A stretch of DNA of 64,000 nt from an uncultured Gammaproteobacteria bacterium (lineage in GTDB: Bacteria > Patescibacteriota > Patescibacteriia > Patescibacteriales > GWE2-39-37). The position numbers and the translations under genes were made by a program. Each line of letters starts with the position of its first letter. Within the stretch, counting starts at the first letter, position 1. Below, in pieces: positions 59,758 to 64,000 of the stretch. Below the pieces are notes generated by a model, which was not told where the DNA came from, did no database searches, and saw only the letters and a program-made list of their open reading frames with translations. Location: positions 2,615 through 66,614 of the forward strand of contig CAYUCS010000001.1 in NCBI GenBank assembly GCA_964443495.1, given 5' to 3'.

Positions 59758-60966
59758 TCAGGCATAAAAGAACGTGTGCCAGCCTTCGCGGTGGCGGGAA
59801 AGGCGGTCCAGGTTGTCGGCATGGCAGGGGTCGATGGCATCGCTGAGGGGCATGATCGAATCCCGGTGCTTTACCGGCCAGGACAAGCCCGTTGAGAAAG
59901 GCCTCGAATATTCGGTGAAGATGAATCGTCCGTTCAGGCGTTGCCCGTAGGCATCGCACAACTCCTGCTTGCGGAAGTGGCGATGTTTGATCCGTCTCAG
60001 GGTTGAGGCGTGGTCTATGGGATTGAGCATCTGGTCGAGCCACCGATCGGTGCCGGACATCAGGTCGTCCGCCGAAACGGTAGCGTTGCGGTAGAGATCC
60101 TCGATGGCTCTTGAATAGACCAGCTCCAGCTTGCGGCAATCGGGGTTGCGGTAAAGTTGGTCATGCATGATGGCGCGAAGCTGCAGGAAGCGGTGGAGCC
60201 TTGGTACATCATTGAAGTGCGGTCGGCCGTCTTTAAGCGTAATGCTTTGCCAGATGTCCCCGAATAGCTCGTCGCTTTCCACCAGGCTGGTCAGGGTCTT
60301 CGGCGCATGGCCGCTGCGGATAAGGAAATAGACATCCAGGATCGTGTAGCTGACTTTGTCGAGAATGTCCAAAAGCTGGCCGAACTTGCCTTGGCCCGAA
60401 ATCCATTCGCTGGCAGCTGTGAGATCGAAGCCTAAAAAGCGCCAGCGCTTGTCCAGGCCGTTACCGGCGATGATCTTGGCGAAATTCTTTTCTTCGCACA
60501 ATTTCTGGCGGTCGATGCGGATGGCGGTGTCGCCGTAAGCCGGGGTGGCTACGTCGTGGTAGGCGGCGGCAATGGCAAAAAGCAGCTGCTCGGCCGGACT
60601 GTAGCCTTCGCGATTGAGCAGGATCAGCCCTAGCGCGGCTACGATCTTGGAATGCGCCAATCTGGTGTGAGGAAAAAAAGGAACCTTCCCAAGTTCATCA
60701 TCGAGGCAGCTGAACGGAATCAAGTGTTGGAGCTGGTTGATATCGGCCAGCCTCAGAAAGGCGTTTTCATTGAGCAGCTTTTCCATCATGCTCCCGTACT
60801 TGACCTGCATCGAGTAAGAGCTGAAGGGCAGTTCGATCCATCGGGTGTCGTTGATCAGGTGCATATCCAGCGGTTGTCGAGGGCTTCTGGCGTACACCCT
60901 GATTTCACGGTTGCTTAAGCGGGCGGCTTCAAGGGAAGCCGGTCTGGCTTTGGCTGGTCGGTTCAT
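59758..60966 (-). CDS. HD-domain phosphohydrolase-like protein (distant dGTPase/SAMHD1-like layout)
   Basis: SD AAGGAGGaagccgATG. HTRLAHSKIVAALG followed by AIAAAYHDVATPAYGD gives an H...HD...D metal-site spacing. Confidence 0.6.
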   Translation of the reverse strand: MNRPAKARPASLEAARLSNREIRVYARSPRQPLDMHLINDTRWIELPFSSYSMQVKYGSMMEKLLNENAFLRLADINQLQHLIPFSCLDDELGKVPFFPHTRLAHSKIVAALGLILLNREGYSPAEQLLFAIAAAYHDVATPAYGDTAIRIDRQKLCEEKNFAKIIAGNGLDKRWRFLGFDLTAASEWISGQGKFGQLLDILDKVSYTILDVYFLIRSGHAPKTLTSLVESDELFGDIWQSITLKDGRPHFNDVPRLHRFLQLRAIMHDQLYRNPDCRKLELVYSRAIEDLYRNATVSADDLMSGTDRWLDQMLNPIDHASTLRRIKHRHFRKQELCDAYGQRLNGRFIFTEYSRPFSTGLSWPVKHRDSIMPLSDAIDPCHADNLDRLSRHREGWHTFFYA

Positions 60967-61088
60967 CGGCTTCCTCCTTTTGGTTTGGTTTTTAATGATG
61001 CTGCTTCCAGGTTAGCTCATTTTTCTGCCCGGCGCAATGAATAGAAAAAAACAGCCCCGAGAGAATCGGGGCTGTTCAGATATCTTAA

Positions 61089-63575
61089 CTATTTTTTCGC
61101 CTTTGCTTTCGCCTTGGGCTTGGCTTGAGTTTTGGCTGGAGCTTTCGCTTTCGCGGCCGGTTTGGCCTTGGCCGCTAGCTTGGTCTTGCTGCCCTTGCCG
61201 CTCATCTTGTCTTCCTGTTCGAGGATGGAGAGGGTGGTCTTGATGACGGTGTCGGGATTGAGCGAGATGGAGTCGATACCGAGCTCGACCAGGAACTGGG
61301 CGAAGTCCGGGAAGTCTGACGGAGCCTGGCCGCAAATGCCGACTTTGGTCTTGGTCTTCTTGCCCACGGCGATGAGGTAGCGGATCAAGTCCTTGACCGC
61401 CTCGCTCTTCTCATTGGAAACGCCGGCGATATTGAGGATGCCCGAGTCGCGGTCGATGCCTAAGGTGAGTTGGGTCAGGTCGTTCGAGCCGATAGAGAAG
61501 CCGTCGAATACTTTAGCGAACTCTTCGGCCAGAATGATGTTGATTGGGATTTCGGCCATGACATAGACCTCGAGGCCGTTAACGTGCTGCTTGAGGCCGT
61601 TCTTGGCCATGATTTCCAATACCCTCTGGCCCTCGGTGACGGTGCGGCAGAAGGGGATCATTACTTTGAGATTGGTCAGGCCCATCTCATTGCGTACGCG
61701 GGCCAGAGCCTGGCATTCGAGCGCGAAGGCCGGTGCGTATTTCGGGTCGTAATAGCGGGAGGCGCCGCGCCAGCCGATCATCGGGTTGGCTTCGATCGGC
61801 TCATAGGCGGTGCCGCCGATCAGATTAGCATATTCGTTGGATTTGAAATCGGACAAGCGGATGATGACATCTTTCGGGTAGTAGGCGGCAGCGATGGTGG
61901 CTACGCCTTCGGCGAATTTGTCAACGAAGAACTGGGCCTTGTCCTTGTAACCGACGGTCAGTTCGTCGATCTGCTGCTTGACCTTCTTGTCGGTCAGGGT
62001 GGCGTAATTGAGCAGGGCCAATGGGTGGGCCTTGATGACGTTGTTGACCACGAACTCGACGCGGGCCAAACCGACGCCGTCATTGGGGGTGAAGGAGGTG
62101 GCAAAGGCGATATCCGGCGAGCCGATGTTCATCATGACCTTGGTCTTCGGACGGCGCATGCCTTTGATGTCGGTCTTGTTGACCTTGAAGGGCAGGATGC
62201 CGTCCATGACGTAGCCTTCATCGCCCTCGGCGCAATCGACGGTCACCTTCATGCCCGACTTCAGCTTCTTGCTGCCGTCGCCAGTGCCGACGACGCAGGG
62301 AATGCCGAGCTCGCGGGAGATGATGGCGGCGTGGCAGGTGCGTCCGCCAGAGTCGGTGACGATGGCCGAAGCGATCTTCATGATCGGCTCCCAATCAGGA
62401 TCGGTCATGGTAGTGACCAGGACTTGGCCTTTCTTGAATTGGTCGATCTGGGAGACGTCCATGATGCGGTTGACCTCGCCGGTGCCGATGCGGTTGCCGA
62501 CCGAGTGGCCGGTCACCAAGACCTGGCTCTTCTTGTCCAGCTTGTATTCTTCGATGACGTTATAGTTGCGGACGCTATGGATGGTTTCCGGACGGGCCTG
62601 GACGATATAAAGCTGGTTTTCTTTGCCATCAAGGGCCCACTCGATATCCATCGGACGGCCGTAGTGCTTCTCGATTTCGACGGCCCACTTGGCCAGCTCC
62701 AGGACCTGGGCATCGGTGATCGACTGGGTGTATTGGTCTTTGGCCGGAATCGGGATATCCTTGACCGGACGCTCGGCCTTGGGGGAAGTTTCGTAAACCA
62801 TCTTGATCGTCTTCTGGCGCATGGCGCGGGAGATGATCTTCATGGTCGGTTTGAAGACGTAGAATTCGTCAGGGTTGACCTTGCCTTGGACAATGTTCTC
62901 TCCCAAGCCGTAAATCGAGTTGATCAGGACGGCGTTGGCAAAGCCCGATTCGGTGTCGATGGTAAACATGACGCCAGAGGAAGCCAGGTCGGAGCGGATC
63001 ATCTTCTGGACGCCGACGGAGAGGGCGATTTTGAAATGATCGAAGCCCTTGTCGACGCGGTAGGAGATGGCGCGATTGGTGAAGAGAGAGGCGATGCACT
63101 CTTTGACAGATTGCATCAGCTGCTTTTCACCGCGGATGTTCAGGTAGGTTTCCTGTTGGCCGGCGAACGAGGCGTCAGGCAGGTCTTCGGCGGTAGCGGA
63201 AGAACGGACAGCGACATCGACGTTGTCAGTCTTGTATTGCTTGGATAATTTTTTGTAAGCGGTGACAATCTCTTTTTGCAAGTCAGCCGGCAGCGTGGCT
63301 TTGAGGATAGTCTCGCGGACTGCCTTGCCGCGCTTGGCCAGGTCGTTGACATCCTTGGTGTCCAAGCCTTTGAGTATCTCGATGATCTTGGCTTTAGTGC
63401 CGGTCTTGTCCAGGAAATAGTTGTAGGCTTCAGAAGTGGTGGCGAAGCCGTTCGGCACTCGGATGCCCTTGCTTGAAAGGGTCTGATACATCTCGCCCAG
63501 CGAAGCGTTCTTGCCGCCGACAATCGGCACGTCCTTAATGCGCAGTTCCTCGAAGAATTTGATGAATTGAGGCAT
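61089..63575 (-). CDS. ppsA: Phosphoenolpyruvate synthase (pyruvate, water dikinase) with a ~37-aa Lys/Ala-rich C-terminal tail
   Basis: ATP-grasp N-terminus GGKNASLGEM. Phosphohistidine swivel GGRTCHAAIISRELGIPCVVG. PEP-utilising C-terminal domain GSNDLTQLTLG and CGQAP. Tail GKGSKTKLAAKAKPAAKAKAPAKTQAKPKAKAKAKK. Confidence 0.9.
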   Translation of the reverse strand: MPQFIKFFEELRIKDVPIVGGKNASLGEMYQTLSSKGIRVPNGFATTSEAYNYFLDKTGTKAKIIEILKGLDTKDVNDLAKRGKAVRETILKATLPADLQKEIVTAYKKLSKQYKTDNVDVAVRSSATAEDLPDASFAGQQETYLNIRGEKQLMQSVKECIASLFTNRAISYRVDKGFDHFKIALSVGVQKMIRSDLASSGVMFTIDTESGFANAVLINSIYGLGENIVQGKVNPDEFYVFKPTMKIISRAMRQKTIKMVYETSPKAERPVKDIPIPAKDQYTQSITDAQVLELAKWAVEIEKHYGRPMDIEWALDGKENQLYIVQARPETIHSVRNYNVIEEYKLDKKSQVLVTGHSVGNRIGTGEVNRIMDVSQIDQFKKGQVLVTTMTDPDWEPIMKIASAIVTDSGGRTCHAAIISRELGIPCVVGTGDGSKKLKSGMKVTVDCAEGDEGYVMDGILPFKVNKTDIKGMRRPKTKVMMNIGSPDIAFATSFTPNDGVGLARVEFVVNNVIKAHPLALLNYATLTDKKVKQQIDELTVGYKDKAQFFVDKFAEGVATIAAAYYPKDVIIRLSDFKSNEYANLIGGTAYEPIEANPMIGWRGASRYYDPKYAPAFALECQALARVRNEMGLTNLKVMIPFCRTVTEGQRVLEIMAKNGLKQHVNGLEVYVMAEIPINIILAEEFAKVFDGFSIGSNDLTQLTLGIDRDSGILNIAGVSNEKSEAVKDLIRYLIAVGKKTKTKVGICGQAPSDFPDFAQFLVELGIDSISLNPDTVIKTTLSILEQEDKMSGKGSKTKLAAKAKPAAKAKAPAKTQAKPKAKAKAKK

Positions 63576-63603
63576 AATGTTTTTTATTTATGTTAAATGT
63601 TGA

Positions 63604-63939
63604 TTAATGTATCGTGACTTTGCGGCTCCATTCGTAGACGTAAGGTATCTTCCATGATTGTCCGGAAAGGGCGCGGATGAAAGCGAGGGCCGATAGGGCT
63701 ATCATGCCGAGGGCCATGAGCCAGCCGAAGAAGGGGAACCAGGAAACCAGGGCGACCAAGACGTCGAGGACGAAGATGACCAGGCCCTGCTTGGCGTGGA
63801 ACTGGGCGAATTTGGAGTGCGGACGCAGGAGCAGTGGGATGAGCCAGAGAATGAAGATGTAGGACAATGCCGCGACTTGGCAATTTTCCTTGATATCGGC
63901 AGCGTCGCTTGTGGCGCCGTTCGATTTTTTGACGGCCAT
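63604..63939 (-). CDS. DUF4870-like small membrane protein
   Basis: AALSYIFILWLIPLLL...SKFAQFHAKQGLVIFVL pattern and three hydrophobic helices. Confidence 0.6.
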   Translation of the reverse strand: MAVKKSNGATSDAADIKENCQVAALSYIFILWLIPLLLRPHSKFAQFHAKQGLVIFVLDVLVALVSWFPFFGWLMALGMIALSALAFIRALSGQSWKIPYVYEWSRKVTIH

Positions 63940-64000
63940 AATGTTTGTCGATTTGCGTACGACGGTTAGAGTGAGTTAAACATATTATATTATAGCATAA

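Noticed and set aside
61470-63248. 592-aa plus-strand ORF antisense to ppsA; the same applies to 23233-24189 (minus, 318 aa), 37844-38791 (minus, 315 aa), 13875-14549 (minus) and 27799-28764 (minus)
   Set aside because: These are long antisense ORFs opposite strongly conserved genes (ppsA, the six-hairpin hydrolase, glyQS, valS, the SLT protein). Their translations are Asp/Gly/Val/Leu/Arg-rich with no motifs, the typical shadow ORFs of codon-biased genes.

Overview
The window is gene-dense, has moderate GC and looks bacterial. I support about 60 protein-coding genes, 2 tRNA genes and 1 riboswitch. I saw no rRNA, CRISPR array, integrase or transposase. The content is mostly housekeeping. It includes four aminoacyl-tRNA synthetases (valS, tyrS, argS, glyQS), polA, holA, a short uvrC, ftsH, murD, murI, lgt, rpsT and ppsA. 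Interleaved with these are features typical of reduced CPR/Patescibacteria-like genomes (lineage is inference only): a histone-H1-like Lys/Ala-rich protein, VanW, lamin-tail-domain and FN3/BNR surface proteins, an O-antigen-ligase-TPR fusion, many small membrane proteins, and palindromic bidirectional terminators. An accessory block at about 18.2-27.4 kb encodes glycan-active enzymes: GH130, two GT4s, a methyltransferase, a six-hairpin hydrolase, a PIG-L deacetylase and NagB. The observations I rate highest are listed here.
- A NOX-type transmembrane flavocytochrome is translationally coupled to a membrane-anchored tandem cytochrome-b5 protein.
- A very compact glycine T-box sits upstream of glyQS, with only a 7-bp hairpin where Stem I would be.
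- One tRNA gene encodes tRNA-Ile with a UAU anticodon.
- Both tRNA genes are followed by duplicated copies of their own 3' ends, and an orphan 348-aa ORF lies between them.
- Two conserved ORFs fall below the ORF-track cutoff: a 57-aa ferredoxin and a 50-aa LysW-like zinc ribbon.
- An orphan promoter-terminator unit could encode a 6S-like sRNA or a type-I-toxin-like peptide.
- There are two long palindromes, and PpsA carries a histone-like tail.
All functional calls come from motif recognition by eye. No database search was run.
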